Assembly: GCA_021325135.1 (NCBI GenBank)
Contig: JAJPHT010000046.1
Span: forward strand, 96,001-160,000
Source: Pseudomonadota bacterium
GTDB taxonomy: Archaea > Thermoplasmatota > SW-10-69-26 > JACQPN01 > JAJPHT01
Reading direction: 5' to 3'
DNA: 64,000 bases
The position numbers and the translations under genes are program-made. Under the pieces are notes generated by a model. It searched no databases. It had not been told where the DNA came from and saw only the letters and a list, made by a program, of their open reading frames with translations. Of the stretch, positions 32,560 through 44,501 are shown piece by piece (within the stretch, counting starts at the first letter, position 1; each line of letters begins with the position of its first letter).

Positions 32560-33282
32560 GTGCCCCGGACCCGGACGCTGCCCCCCGTCGACGAGCTCCT
32601 CGCCGCGCTGCGCGAGGCCGGCGTGGAGGACGCTCCTCAGGACGCGCCCGACGAGGCGAGCCACCAGGGGCTCCTGGACCTGGCGCTCCACGTCGCGGAG
32701 CATCGCAAGCGCGTCTCGTTCCCCGGGTTCTCCTGGGACGACCCCGCCTTCGAGGCGGCCGACGCGAAGCTCGCCATGCGCGTCGCCTACGTGCGCCTGC
32801 CCGACGCGGCCGCCTTCGCGGACGCGCTGCGCGCGCACCTGCCCCGCGCCTCGCGCGGCCACTCGCTCCTCGCGGTGGACGCCCACGCGACGGCGCTGCG
32901 CGAGTTCGACGCCGTGCACGACCTCTACGGGCGCGTCACGCTCTTCGAGCACCGCACGCCGGTCCCCGAGCCCGCGGACCCCCGCGTGGACGCGGCGCGC
33001 GAGCGCGGCTGGGCCCGCGCCCTCAAGGAGCACAACCTCCTGCCGGGCCGCGGCCTCGTCGTCCTCGACGAGCACCAGGGGCTCTACCTGCGCGAGGAGG
33101 CCTTCCAGCGCCTCATGGGCATCCTGCTGCTCCTGCCCGACGGCCACACGACGCTCCTGTGGAACCCCTTCGTGGAGGCCGAGCGCAACGACAGCGAGAT
33201 CCAGTACTGGCTGGGCTGGGGCGAAGGGACCGGGCGCTCCTCCGAGTGGCGGGAGCTCGTGCGGTTCGAGGGCGAGGAGTAG
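32560..33282 (+). CDS. Hypothetical protein (240 aa)
   Basis: Host-like codon usage, globular composition, divergent from truA. Confidence 0.65.
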   Translation: MPRTRTLPPVDELLAALREAGVEDAPQDAPDEASHQGLLDLALHVAEHRKRVSFPGFSWDDPAFEAADAKLAMRVAYVRLPDAAAFADALRAHLPRASRGHSLLAVDAHATALREFDAVHDLYGRVTLFEHRTPVPEPADPRVDAARERGWARALKEHNLLPGRGLVVLDEHQGLYLREEAFQRLMGILLLLPDGHTTLLWNPFVEAERNDSEIQYWLGWGEGTGRSSEWRELVRFEGEE

Positions 33283-33323
33283 GCACCCTTTTTTCAAGGG
33301 TCGCGCCTGCCGGACCCGTCCCC

Positions 33324-35590
<2,267 letters not shown>

Positions 35591-35591
<1 letters not shown>

Positions 35592-36451
35592 TGCACGTCG
35601 CCAATGGCGACGCCTTCGCCGCGCGCCTCCGCGAGGCCGGGATCGAGGGCGATGTCCTTTCCTGGGCGGACATGCTCAGCGAGGGCCCGCTGCCCCACGG
35701 CCTGCGCGGCGAGGAGGACTGGCGCCTGCGGGCCCGCCTTCTCGCCGAGGACTACCCGCTGGACGCGGACCGCTACGTGCGGGACGCCGCGGAGCGCCTG
35801 AAGCGGCTGGGCGAGGCGGCCCAGAGGGAGGAGATCGTCCTCTGGTTCGACGAGGAGCTGTTCTGCCAGGCGAACGCGTGCTATCTTCTGGACTGGCTCG
35901 CGCTGGAGGCGCCCGACGCCAAGGTGAGCCTCGTCGCGGAGCCCGGCGCCGCGCCCGTGGGCGGCCTCTCCGAGCTTCTCGCCGAGCGGGAGCTTCTCTC
36001 CCGCGAGCGCCGCACGCTGGCGCGCGCCTTCTGGAACGCCCTGGGCCACCCGGACCCCTCGGGCGTCCCGCGCCTCCTGCGCGCCGACCTCTCCGCGTGG
36101 CCGCGCCTCGCGCTGGGCCTGCGCGCGCACCTCGCCCGCTTCCCCGACGCGTCGGGCCTCGACGCCATCGAGGAGGAGCTTCTTCGCATCCTCGCCCGGG
36201 GGCCCGTGGAGCTCCCCGAGCTTTTCGCCACCTGGCAGGAGACGCCGCTGGGCCGCGCGTGCGGATTCGGCGACGCGCAGGTCGAGGTCGCGCTCCGGAG
36301 GATGGGGCCCCTGGTGGAGCGCGAGGGGAAGCGCCTCGTCGCGCGGCCCGACGCCGAGCGCCCTCCACGCGAGCGCTGGATCGGCGGGTGCCGCCTGGTG
36401 CCGGGTGCGCCCGGGTGGCGCCGGGCGGGCGACGCGCTGCGGCGCGCCTGA
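35591..36451 (+). CDS. DUF1835-like protein
   Basis: H..NGD, W.D.L.EGP, LWF..ELFCQ.N, GLD..E..L, G.GD.Q, RWIGG; ATG overlaps the maeB stop. Confidence 0.75.
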
Positions 36452-36682
36452 TCAGAGCCCCTTCGTCTCGTCCCCCAGCGCCGCGAAGAGCTGCCCCGGG
36501 TCGCGGAACTCCTTGTCGGGCAGGCGGCGGATCTCCTCCAGCGCGTCCTCGTCGGCGCCCTCCTGCCGGGCGAGGCGTTCCAGGTCCTCGCGGCGCGCCG
36601 GGAAGCGGGCCCCCTTGAGGAAGCGGGCGGCGTTCACGACGGCGGCCGCGGCGATGTCGTCCTCCAGCGTGTCGTCAGGCAT
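36452..36682 (-). CDS. DUF2795-like small protein
   Basis: L.G..FPA.R.DL...A...GA......I..LPD..F..P pattern. Confidence 0.75.
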   Translation of the reverse strand: MPDDTLEDDIAAAAVVNAARFLKGARFPARREDLERLARQEGADEDALEEIRRLPDKEFRDPGQLFAALGDETKGL

Positions 36683-36729
36683 GCTGCGCGCGAGCCGCCC
36701 ACGCCGGGATGGCGCTTCTGGCCGCTTCG

Positions 36730-37710
36730 TCACGCCACCGCGGCGAGGAAGCGCTCCGCCGCCTCGTTGGGCCTCTCCACGGCGCCCCCGGTGCGCGCAT
36801 AGTGCGCCTCCAGGGCGGCGAGGACCTGCGCCGGGTCGGGCGCGTCGCGGGGCACGCGCTTCTCCAGCCCCAGGTCGGGGTTGATCTCGTAGCCCACGGC
36901 GCGGCGGCCCAGCGCGCGGGCCACCCAGAGCGTCGTGCCCGTGCCTGCGAAGGGGTCCAGCACGGTGTCGCCCAGACAGGAGAGCATGCGCACGAGCCGG
37001 TAGGGGATCTCCGGCGGGAAGGGCGCCGTGCGCGCGTCGTCCTGCGAGGCGCCGCGCACGTCCCACACCTGGGAGAACCACGCGTCGCGCTCCGCCTTGC
37101 TGAACTGGCTCGCGTAGCGCAAGGGGTCCTTGGGCGCGAAGGCGCGCGCGCCGCCCTTGCGGAAGAGGAGGATGAACTCGCAGTCCAGCGTGACGTAGGC
37201 GTTGGTGGGCAGGAAGCCGCTGCCCAGGAACGCGTTGGGCTTGTTGGTGGGCTTCTTCCACAGGATGGGCACGAGGCTCTGGAGGCCCAGCGCCTCGCAG
37301 TCGCGCGCCACCTGCGCGTGGTTCATCATGCAGCGGAAGTCGCCGCCCACCTTGCGCGTCGCGTCGCCCACGTTCACCGCGAGGATGCCGCCCGGGGCCA
37401 GCGCGCGGGCGCACTCGGCCCACACGCGGGAAAGAAGCGCGTGGCTCGCGGCGAAGCCCTCCTCGCTGGCGGTGGGGACGCCGGTCTGCTCGGCGAGCTG
37501 CGCGTCCCACATTTCGATGAGCGGATAGGGCGGCGACGTCACCACGAGGTGCACGCTCGCGTCCGGGACCTCCGCCATACGCTCGCTGGAGCGCAGCGCG
37601 ACGCGGGGGGCGAGGTCGCGCTCCTTCAGCGCGGCCAGCACGGCGTCGCGGCTCTCGCGGAGGGCATCCAGGGGGCCGTGCACGCGGGGGCGAAGCCGCG
37701 CGGGGCTCAT
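36730..37710 (-). CDS. Site-specific DNA methyltransferase (amino-MTase, beta order, probably N4-cytosine)
   Basis: VTSPPY (motif IV) precedes VLDPFAGTGTT (motif I); APFP.E.P.RL. Confidence 0.88.
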   Translation of the reverse strand: MSPARLRPRVHGPLDALRESRDAVLAALKERDLAPRVALRSSERMAEVPDASVHLVVTSPPYPLIEMWDAQLAEQTGVPTASEEGFAASHALLSRVWAECARALAPGGILAVNVGDATRKVGGDFRCMMNHAQVARDCEALGLQSLVPILWKKPTNKPNAFLGSGFLPTNAYVTLDCEFILLFRKGGARAFAPKDPLRYASQFSKAERDAWFSQVWDVRGASQDDARTAPFPPEIPYRLVRMLSCLGDTVLDPFAGTGTTLWVARALGRRAVGYEINPDLGLEKRVPRDAPDPAQVLAALEAHYARTGGAVERPNEAAERFLAAVA

Positions 37711-37751
37711 GGCCCTTTCCAGCGGGCGCGCCTGGAAATCCAGCGAGGGGA

Positions 37752-38141
37752 TCAGGAGCGGGCGCGCTCGATCAATTCCACCCAGTTGCCGTCCAGGTCG
37801 TGCACGAAGGCGATGGTGCTCCCGGAGCCCGAGAGGGAGTAGGGCTCCTTGGCGACGCGCACGCCTTCGGCCTTGAGGCGCGCGACGAGGCCGCGCACGT
37901 CCTCCACGATGAGCGCGATGTGGTCGAAGGTGGAGCCTTCGACGTAGTCCTCGGGCTTCCAGGCGCGCCAGTGGGTCAGCTCCAGCTTCATCTGGTCCTC
38001 GCCGTAGCCGACGAAGGCGATCTCGGCGTTGGTCTCCTTGATCTCGCGGCGCGAGAGGAGCTTCATGCCGAAGCTGCGCTCGTAGAAGCGGATGGCGGCG
38101 TCCATGTCGCGGACGTTGAGGCAGCAGTGGTCGAGGCGCAT
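37752..38141 (-). CDS. VOC family / lactoylglutathione lyase-like protein
   Basis: H..L.V.D.D..I.FY, LELT.W, FDHIA..V.D, AF..D.DG..VEL. Confidence 0.85.
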   Translation of the reverse strand: MRLDHCCLNVRDMDAAIRFYERSFGMKLLSRREIKETNAEIAFVGYGEDQMKLELTHWRAWKPEDYVEGSTFDHIALIVEDVRGLVARLKAEGVRVAKEPYSLSGSGSTIAFVHDLDGNWVELIERARS

Positions 38142-38159
38142 GCGCAGCCCGAGGCGGGG

Positions 38160-38441
38160 CTACTGCATGGGGGTTTCGGCCGCGCCGGCCTCTTGGGGCG
38201 CCTCGTGGTCGGCCTCGTGCTGGCGCGCGGCGGCGTCGGCCCGCGCGTGGAGCGCCTGCATGCGCTTGGTCTTCCACCAGAGCATCGTGAGGCCCGAGCC
38301 GGCCATGACGCCGCCCACGGCGAAGCCGCCCGTGACGGCGGTGCTGGCACCCACGGCGCCGGCGCCCAGCCAGGTCAGGGCCCACAGGCTGGTGAAGCCG
38401 CTGGCCGCGACGACGACGCGCTCGGAGCCGGATTCGCCCAC
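38160..38441 (-). CDS. Small two-TM membrane protein
   Basis: Two Gly/Ala-rich hydrophobic segments then a charged tail; start uncertain. Confidence 0.5.
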   Translation of the reverse strand: MGESGSERVVVAASGFTSLWALTWLGAGAVGASTAVTGGFAVGGVMAGSGLTMLWWKTKRMQALHARADAAARQHEADHEAPQEAGAAETPMQ

Positions 38442-38559
38442 GGGGAACCCTCTGCGGCGCCGGTTTAAGCACGTTCCGGTCCGGCCGAAAGCCCTCGCGC
38501 CTCGGGGGCCGAGTCCCAACCTATGTAAATGGGAGGGGTCTTAGGCCCCCGCGACACCC

Positions 38560-39309
38560 ATGGCGGACGACTCCGAGCTTCAGGTGCACGAGTTCGAGAA
38601 CGTGGACCTCAAGGGCGCCACCATCATCGACGGCTTCCCCAGCGTCGGGCTCGTCTCCACCATCACGGCCAACTACCTCATCGACGTGCTGGAATTGCAG
38701 CAGGTCGGGATCATGGACTCCAAGTTCTTCCCGACGGTGAGCATCGTGCGCAACGGCGTGCCCCTCTACCCCGTGCGCATCTACGCGGGGAAGGGCGTCT
38801 GTGTCTTCATCAGCGAGTTCCAGCCCGCGCCCAAGCTCATCCGCCCCATCGCGGAGGCCATCCTCGCCTTCGCCAAGCGCAAGGGCGCCAAGACCATCAT
38901 CAGCCCCGAAGGCCTCGTGCTGGACCAGGAGGGCGAGGGCGAGCAGGAGGTCCAGGTCTACGCCCTGGGCTCCACCGCCGGCACGCGGGAGATGCTCACG
39001 CACCACAAGATCGAGCAGTTCGGCAACGGCATCATCACCGGCGTCTCGGGCGTCCTGCTGAACCTGGGCAAGAAGGAGAACCTCGACGCCATCAGCATCC
39101 TCGCCGAGGCCAACCCCAACTACCCCGACGCGCGCGCGGCGGCGAAGGTCATCGAGGCCATCGACAAGCTGCTTCCCCACCTCAAGATCGACGTGAAGCC
39201 GCTCTACACCGAGGCGGAGAACATCGAAAAGACCCTCCGCATGATGCAGAAGCAGGCCGCGCCCGCACAGGCCGCCCACGCGGACGAAGTCCCCAACATG
39301 TACGGCTAA
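38560..39309 (+). CDS. PAC2-family proteasome assembly chaperone with C-terminal HbYX (MYG)
   Basis: GFP..GLV..I...YL, P.RIY, I.GVSG.LL, PDARAA, C-terminal MYG. Confidence 0.9.
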   Translation: MADDSELQVHEFENVDLKGATIIDGFPSVGLVSTITANYLIDVLELQQVGIMDSKFFPTVSIVRNGVPLYPVRIYAGKGVCVFISEFQPAPKLIRPIAEAILAFAKRKGAKTIISPEGLVLDQEGEGEQEVQVYALGSTAGTREMLTHHKIEQFGNGIITGVSGVLLNLGKKENLDAISILAEANPNYPDARAAAKVIEAIDKLLPHLKIDVKPLYTEAENIEKTLRMMQKQAAPAQAAHADEVPNMYG

Positions 39310-39455
39310 CGCCGCAGGCTTGTCGCCCCCGGAGCCGCGCGAAGCGCGGCGGAGCGGGGCGCGCAGGGCGCATTGCCGGCTGGTGCGCCAGCCGATGCGG
39401 AGCAGGCCGCGCCCGCACAGGCCGCCCACGCGGACGAAGTCCCCAACATGTACGG
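39251..39455 (+). repeat. 55-bp exact direct repeat of the PAC2 3' end (39251..39305 and 39401..39455)
   Basis: AGCAGGCCGC...CCCCAACATGTACGG repeated at a 150-nt offset. Confidence 0.9.
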
Positions 39456-39531
39456 GTAGGGAGACGGAGCCGGTCTCACCGAATCGGTTATCCACGGGCT
39501 CGGGCGTGCCCGCCGCGGGAGGCCCCCGTCC

Positions 39532-42500
39532 ATGGTCCACGTCCGCGCCTCGCTTGCTTCCGCGCTCCTCCTCGGCTCCATCGTCCTGGGCCCCGCGCTG
39601 CTGGCGCCGCCGGGCGCCGCCACGCCGGGCGACTACGTGGCGACGGCCACCGTGCCCGTCCCCGCCAGCATCGGCGTGGGCCTCACGTTCGACGGGCACA
39701 CGTTCTACTACACCAACTACCAGGACCCCACGCTCTACGGCTACACCGTCTCGTGCGCGGGCTCCTCGTGCTCCACGACGCTGACGCTCACGCAGGCCAT
39801 CCGCGACGCGACGACGCTCTCCCCCGTCTCCGTGGGCGCCATCGCCTACGACGCGACGCGCGGCGTCATCTGGGGCGGCGCGGACGGAAGCTCCGCCATC
39901 TACCGCATCGACCCCGCGACGGGCCTGGCCACCTTCGCGTTCACCGCCAGCGCGTGCGGCTCCTCCTACGGCCTCGTGGACGGCATCGCCTTCGACGCGC
40001 AGGCGGACACCATCTACTACAGCCCCGACGTGTCGTACTCCGCGTGCGCGTTCAGCCCCGCGGGCTCGCTGCTCGACCAGGTCCCCGTGGCCAGCGTCGC
40101 CGGCTTCCCCGCCTGCTACAACTCGGGCCTCGCCATCGGCGGCGACGTGCTCTACATGGGCTCCGACGGGTGCGGCCAGATCGTCGCCGTCGACAAGGCC
40201 TCGCACCAGGGCCTCGGCGTCTTCGCGTCGCCCGGCGGCCGCGACGAGGGGATGACGTGCGATCCCGTCACGTTCGCGCCGCAGTCGGTCATCTGGTCCA
40301 AGGACGCGTACAACAACCGGGCCACCGCGTTCGAGATCGCGCCTGGCACCTGCGGCGTGGGCGGCCTGCCGCCGTGCACGGCCGACGTCGCGGCGCAGAT
40401 CGACGACCCGCAGCCCGGCTTCGACTACTACGGCGGCGGCAAGCAGGCGCAGTCGCCCCAGGGCCCGCTCCCGCGCGTCGCGGGCGTCGTCACGCTGCGC
40501 GCCGAGGGCTCGCCCGCGGGCCGCGCGACGCGCGCGGACTTCCGCGTCGACGGCGCGCTCGTGGGAAGCTCGGACGTGGAGCCCTTCGCCGTCAGCTGGG
40601 ACGCGTCCAGCGTCTCCCCCGGCGCGCACTCCCTCACCGTCGCCCTTGAGGACGACGCGGGGTGCCCCACGCAGGCGTCGCAGGCGTTCCTCGTCACCTG
40701 CGGCGCGCCCATCGCCGTGGACGTCTCGCGCCCCGCCGCCGGCACGACCTACTTCCAGGACGCGGCGCACCCCGGCGCGCCCGGCCCCGCCGTCGTCCTG
40801 GGCGACCTCACGCTGGAGGCCGCCGCCTCCGACCCCTCGCGCATCGTCAGCGTGGACTGGAGCGTCGATGGAAATGATATCGCCACCGGTGTCGTGGGCG
40901 CGCCGTGGAGCGCGCCCTGGCAGGCCAGCGCGGCCTCGCCCGGCCTGCACACGATCCGCGCGCTGTTCCACGAGACGAACGGAGGCTGCACGGACCTCGC
41001 CGTCGCCACCGCCAAGGTGTCGCTCCTGCGCGACGAGTCCAGCGCGCAGGGCGTCTTCGCGACCGTCTCGCAGCCCGCCGAGCCCACCCTCGTCTCGCAC
41101 CCCGTCGAGGCCCCCGGCGAAAGCTGGGTCGTGGACCGCTCGTTCGACCCCCTGGGCCTCCGCGTCCAGGCCTCCCACGACGAGGCGGACGACGCGCCCG
41201 GCGCCGCGCACGCCGCGAGCGAGGTCGCCAACGTGAGCCTCCTGGGCGGCACGGTCACCGCCAAGCTCCTGCGCGGCGAGGTCGCGCTCTCCCTCGACGC
41301 CGCGGACCTGTCGCTCCCCTACGACGCCTCGGGCTCCCGCATCGTCGACCTCGCCGTCAACGGCCTCCCCGTCGCCGCGCAGCAGCCCAACACGCGCGTC
41401 GACCTCCCCGGCGTGGGCCACCTCGTCCTGAACGAGCAGATCGTCACCGACGCGCCGGGCCACCGCGAGGTGCAGGTCAACGCGTTGCATCTCTACGCGG
41501 ATGTCAACGGCCTGCGCGGCGAGGTCGTGCTGGGCTCCGCCCTCGTGGGCATCGACGACGCGCTGGGCTCCTTCGCGGGCCGCGCGCACGAGATCGACCC
41601 GCAGGATGACGCCGGCAGCGGCCACGACGCGGGCGACGCGCCGGCCTCCGGCCTCGTGCTCCCCGTGGGCCAGGGCGGCACCGACCTGGGCGCGACCCTC
41701 GTGGGCGGACGCCTGGGCCCCTACGACCCGGCGGACCACTACCTCGTCCGCGTCGCCGAAGGCGAGAAGCTCCTCGCCACGCTCAAGCCCGCCGAGGCCG
41801 CCACCGTGGGCCTCGCCACGCTGGGCACGCCCCCCGCGCCGCCGGGCGCCTCGGTGGACAGCCTCGCCATCCCGCAGCAGACGCTCCGCCTGCTGGAGCC
41901 CTCCGACCGCCGCGTGGCCACCGAGTCCGCGCTCCCCCTCTCGGCCCCGCAGCGCGTCGACCTCAACGTCAACGAGACGGGCCTCTGGGACCTCGTCGTC
42001 GCGGGCGACGTGGGCAACTACACGCTCCAGGTCAGCGTCGTGCCCGCGCCCCTGGCGCCCCCGGCCGCCGCGGGCGCCTCGTGCGGCGACGCCAGCGCGC
42101 CCTTCCTCGAGGCCAGCGGCGCCGCCAGCAGCTTCCACGCGCATGATATCAATCAGGTCTGGCGCCTCAACGCCAGCATCGGGGACGACGTGGGCGTCGA
42201 GCTTGTCATGCCGGACCCCGACGGGCAGGACTTCGACCTCACGCTCTACGACGACGCGTGCCACGTCCTCGCCCAGTCGCAGCTTGGGAAGCCCCTCTTC
42301 TGGCCCGGCGACGCGCCCAAGGGCATCAGCGACTTCGTGGCGCCCCCGCCCGCCCCCTACACGGGCGTCTACTGGGTGGAGGCCACGCGTGTCACGGGCG
42401 CGGGCAACTTCGCTCTCCTTCCCCAGGTGGCGAGCCCCATCCCGACGATCCCCGGCAACGACGCGCTCACCGGCCAGGACGCCAGCAACGACCCCTCCAG

Positions 42501-42807
42501 CCCCACGGCGCTGCCCCTCTCCGAAGGCGTCTTCGAAGGGCGCTTCGAGGACCACGACCCCGCCGACGTCTACAGCGTCCCGCTGAGCGCCGGCGAGCGG
42601 CTCCTCGTGACCTTCGTCCCCTCGCCCGCCAACACGGGCACCATGGAGATCACCGGCGCCGGGATCAGCATCGACCGGCAGGAGGACGTGGGCGGCCGCG
42701 TCGCGTTCCAGCTCACGGCGCCCGCGGGCCAGGACGGCAGCGCGGTCATCACGCTGAGGCCCACGCTGGGGGGCGGCAACTACGCCCTCGCGGTGATCCA
42801 CAAGTAG
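39532..42807 (+). CDS. Large secreted multidomain protein (propeller-like repeats, Ig-like domains, choice-of-anchor-P-like and PPC-like domains)
   Basis: Signal peptide; GLTFDG/IAYD/GIAFD repeats; F.VDG...WD....PG.H.L Ig motif twice; PNT...LPGVG..VLNEQ...VNAL; QDDAGSG.DA repeats. Confidence 0.8.
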   Translation: MVHVRASLASALLLGSIVLGPALLAPPGAATPGDYVATATVPVPASIGVGLTFDGHTFYYTNYQDPTLYGYTVSCAGSSCSTTLTLTQAIRDATTLSPVSVGAIAYDATRGVIWGGADGSSAIYRIDPATGLATFAFTASACGSSYGLVDGIAFDAQADTIYYSPDVSYSACAFSPAGSLLDQVPVASVAGFPACYNSGLAIGGDVLYMGSDGCGQIVAVDKASHQGLGVFASPGGRDEGMTCDPVTFAPQSVIWSKDAYNNRATAFEIAPGTCGVGGLPPCTADVAAQIDDPQPGFDYYGGGKQAQSPQGPLPRVAGVVTLRAEGSPAGRATRADFRVDGALVGSSDVEPFAVSWDASSVSPGAHSLTVALEDDAGCPTQASQAFLVTCGAPIAVDVSRPAAGTTYFQDAAHPGAPGPAVVLGDLTLEAAASDPSRIVSVDWSVDGNDIATGVVGAPWSAPWQASAASPGLHTIRALFHETNGGCTDLAVATAKVSLLRDESSAQGVFATVSQPAEPTLVSHPVEAPGESWVVDRSFDPLGLRVQASHDEADDAPGAAHAASEVANVSLLGGTVTAKLLRGEVALSLDAADLSLPYDASGSRIVDLAVNGLPVAAQQPNTRVDLPGVGHLVLNEQIVTDAPGHREVQVNALHLYADVNGLRGEVVLGSALVGIDDALGSFAGRAHEIDPQDDAGSGHDAGDAPASGLVLPVGQGGTDLGATLVGGRLGPYDPADHYLVRVAEGEKLLATLKPAEAATVGLATLGTPPAPPGASVDSLAIPQQTLRLLEPSDRRVATESALPLSAPQRVDLNVNETGLWDLVVAGDVGNYTLQVSVVPAPLAPPAAAGASCGDASAPFLEASGAASSFHAHDINQVWRLNASIGDDVGVELVMPDPDGQDFDLTLYDDACHVLAQSQLGKPLFWPGDAPKGISDFVAPPPAPYTGVYWVEATRVTGAGNFALLPQVASPIPTIPGNDALTGQDASNDPSSPTALPLSEGVFEGRFEDHDPADVYSVPLSAGERLLVTFVPSPANTGTMEITGAGISIDRQEDVGGRVAFQLTAPAGQDGSAVITLRPTLGGGNYALAVIHK

Positions 42808-42810
42808 GGA

Positions 42811-43074
42811 TCAGCGCGCCTTCCGGCGGGGCTCCGCCTTGCGGATCGCCCCGCCCTGCTGAAGGACCGCCAGGAGCGCGTCGTGGGCGTCCCCCGTGTG
42901 GAAGTGGGTCATCTCGACCTCCCGCGCGGAGAGCCCCAGCGCGGCCCGGTCCTCGGTGGAGAGGCCCAGCGTGTCCCGGCTCGTGGGGACGTGCATCGGC
43001 TCGACGTCGTCCCAGGAGGGCGCTTCGGGCGCGGACGACTTGGCCAGCGGCGGCACGGAGGGCTTGGAGGGCAT
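42811..43074 (-). CDS. Small hypothetical protein
   Basis: ATG after GGAG..AAGG, host-like codons. Confidence 0.5.
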   Translation of the reverse strand: MPSKPSVPPLAKSSAPEAPSWDDVEPMHVPTSRDTLGLSTEDRAALGLSAREVEMTHFHTGDAHDALLAVLQQGGAIRKAEPRRKAR

Positions 43075-43200
43075 CCTTTTCACTCCAATTCACGAAAACA
43101 GGGGGTCCTGCATATGGCTGTCGGCAGCGCCAACGGCACCCGACGACACGGGGGTTGTTCGGCTGGTGGGGGAATGACGGGGAATGGGGCAAGCGGGGGC

Positions 43201-43294
43201 GCCACGGGTGTGGTCACACCCGGGGGCCCAGGCCGTCGCACCCGTGGTCACGCCCGTGGGGACCCGCGCCCCCGGGCGCGACCACACCCGTGGC
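43201..43294. repeat. Intergenic element with perfect 15-bp inverted ends
   Basis: GCCACGGGTGTGGTC ... GACCACACCCGTGGC with internal CACCCGTGG-like units. Confidence 0.7.
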
Positions 43295-43355
43295 CGCCCC
43301 GGACCCCGCCCGCAGGCCCGAACCTTCAAGCGGCCCCCCCAGCGTTCCGTCGCCC

Positions 43356-44501
43356 ATGGACACCCGCGGCCGCCCCCTTGACGAGATCAGGGCCCGCCTG
43401 CGGGAGGCCCGCGCCCGGGACACGCCCTTCGCGTCGGGCCGCATCCTGGGCTCCATGTGCACGGCGCCCCACCCGGTGGCGCTGGAGGCGTGGCGCCTCT
43501 TCGAGGAGGCCAACCTGGGGGACCCCCACCTGGTGCCCGGGGCGCGGGCGCTGGAGGAGGCTGCTCTGGGGAGCCTGGGGGCCTTGCTAAGGGCGCCCCC
43601 CGGGGGCCGCGGCGTCTTCGTGACCGGCGGCAGCGAGGCGAATCTCACGGCGGTGCTGCTGGCGCTGCGCAAGCGCGGGGGGCGCGAGGTGGTGCTGCCG
43701 GAGAGCGCGCACTTCTCGTTCGACAAGGCGTGCTCCTGGCTGGGGCTGCGGCAGGTGACGGCGCGGGTGAAGGCCGACGGGACGGTGGACGTGGACGACG
43801 TGGCGGAGCGCCTCGGCCCGCAGACGGCGTGCGTCGTGGGCATCGCGGGGACCACCGAGCTTGGCGCCGTGGACGACGTGCCGGCCCTGGGCCGCGTCTG
43901 CGCGGAGGCGGGCGTGCCGCTGCACGTGGACGCGGCGTGGGGGGGCTTCGTGATCCCCTTCGCGCGGCGGCTGGGGCGGCGGCTTCCGGAGTTCGACCTC
44001 GCGGTGCCCGGCGTGACGACGCTGGGCGTGGACCCCCACAAGATGGGCCTGGCGCCGATCCCTTCGGGCGTGCTCTTCGCGCGGGATGCGCGGGACTTCG
44101 AGCCCCTGGCGGTGCCCAGCCCCTACGTGAGCGTGGAGCGCCAGCCGACGCTCCAGGGCACGCGCAACGGAGCGGCGCCCGCGGCGACGTGGGCCGTGAT
44201 GGAGCATCTCGGGATCGAAGGCTACACGCAGGTGGTCCGCCAGTGCCTCGCCGTGACCGACCGCCTGGCCAAGGGGCTGGAGGCCGCGGGCTTCCCCCCG
44301 GCGATCCCGCCCCCCCTGTCCATCGTGGTCTTCCGCGTGGCGGACCCGGCGCAGGCCCGCGCGCGGCTGCGCGAGAAGGGCTGGCTCCTGAGCCTCGCTC
44401 CCCTCACCGGGGGCCTCAAGGTCGTCGTGGGCCCCCACGTCACGGCCGAGGCCGTCGACGCCTTCCTCGAGGTCCTGCCCTCCTGCGCGGAGGCCGCCTG
44501 A
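43356..44501 (+). CDS. mfnA: PLP-dependent tyrosine/aspartate decarboxylase
   Basis: ILGSMCT.PH, NLGDP.L.PG, GGSEAN, AHFSF.K, GIAGTTELG.VD, HVDAA.GG, DPHKMG. Confidence 0.9.
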   Translation: MDTRGRPLDEIRARLREARARDTPFASGRILGSMCTAPHPVALEAWRLFEEANLGDPHLVPGARALEEAALGSLGALLRAPPGGRGVFVTGGSEANLTAVLLALRKRGGREVVLPESAHFSFDKACSWLGLRQVTARVKADGTVDVDDVAERLGPQTACVVGIAGTTELGAVDDVPALGRVCAEAGVPLHVDAAWGGFVIPFARRLGRRLPEFDLAVPGVTTLGVDPHKMGLAPIPSGVLFARDARDFEPLAVPSPYVSVERQPTLQGTRNGAAPAATWAVMEHLGIEGYTQVVRQCLAVTDRLAKGLEAAGFPPAIPPPLSIVVFRVADPAQARARLREKGWLLSLAPLTGGLKVVVGPHVTAEAVDAFLEVLPSCAEAA

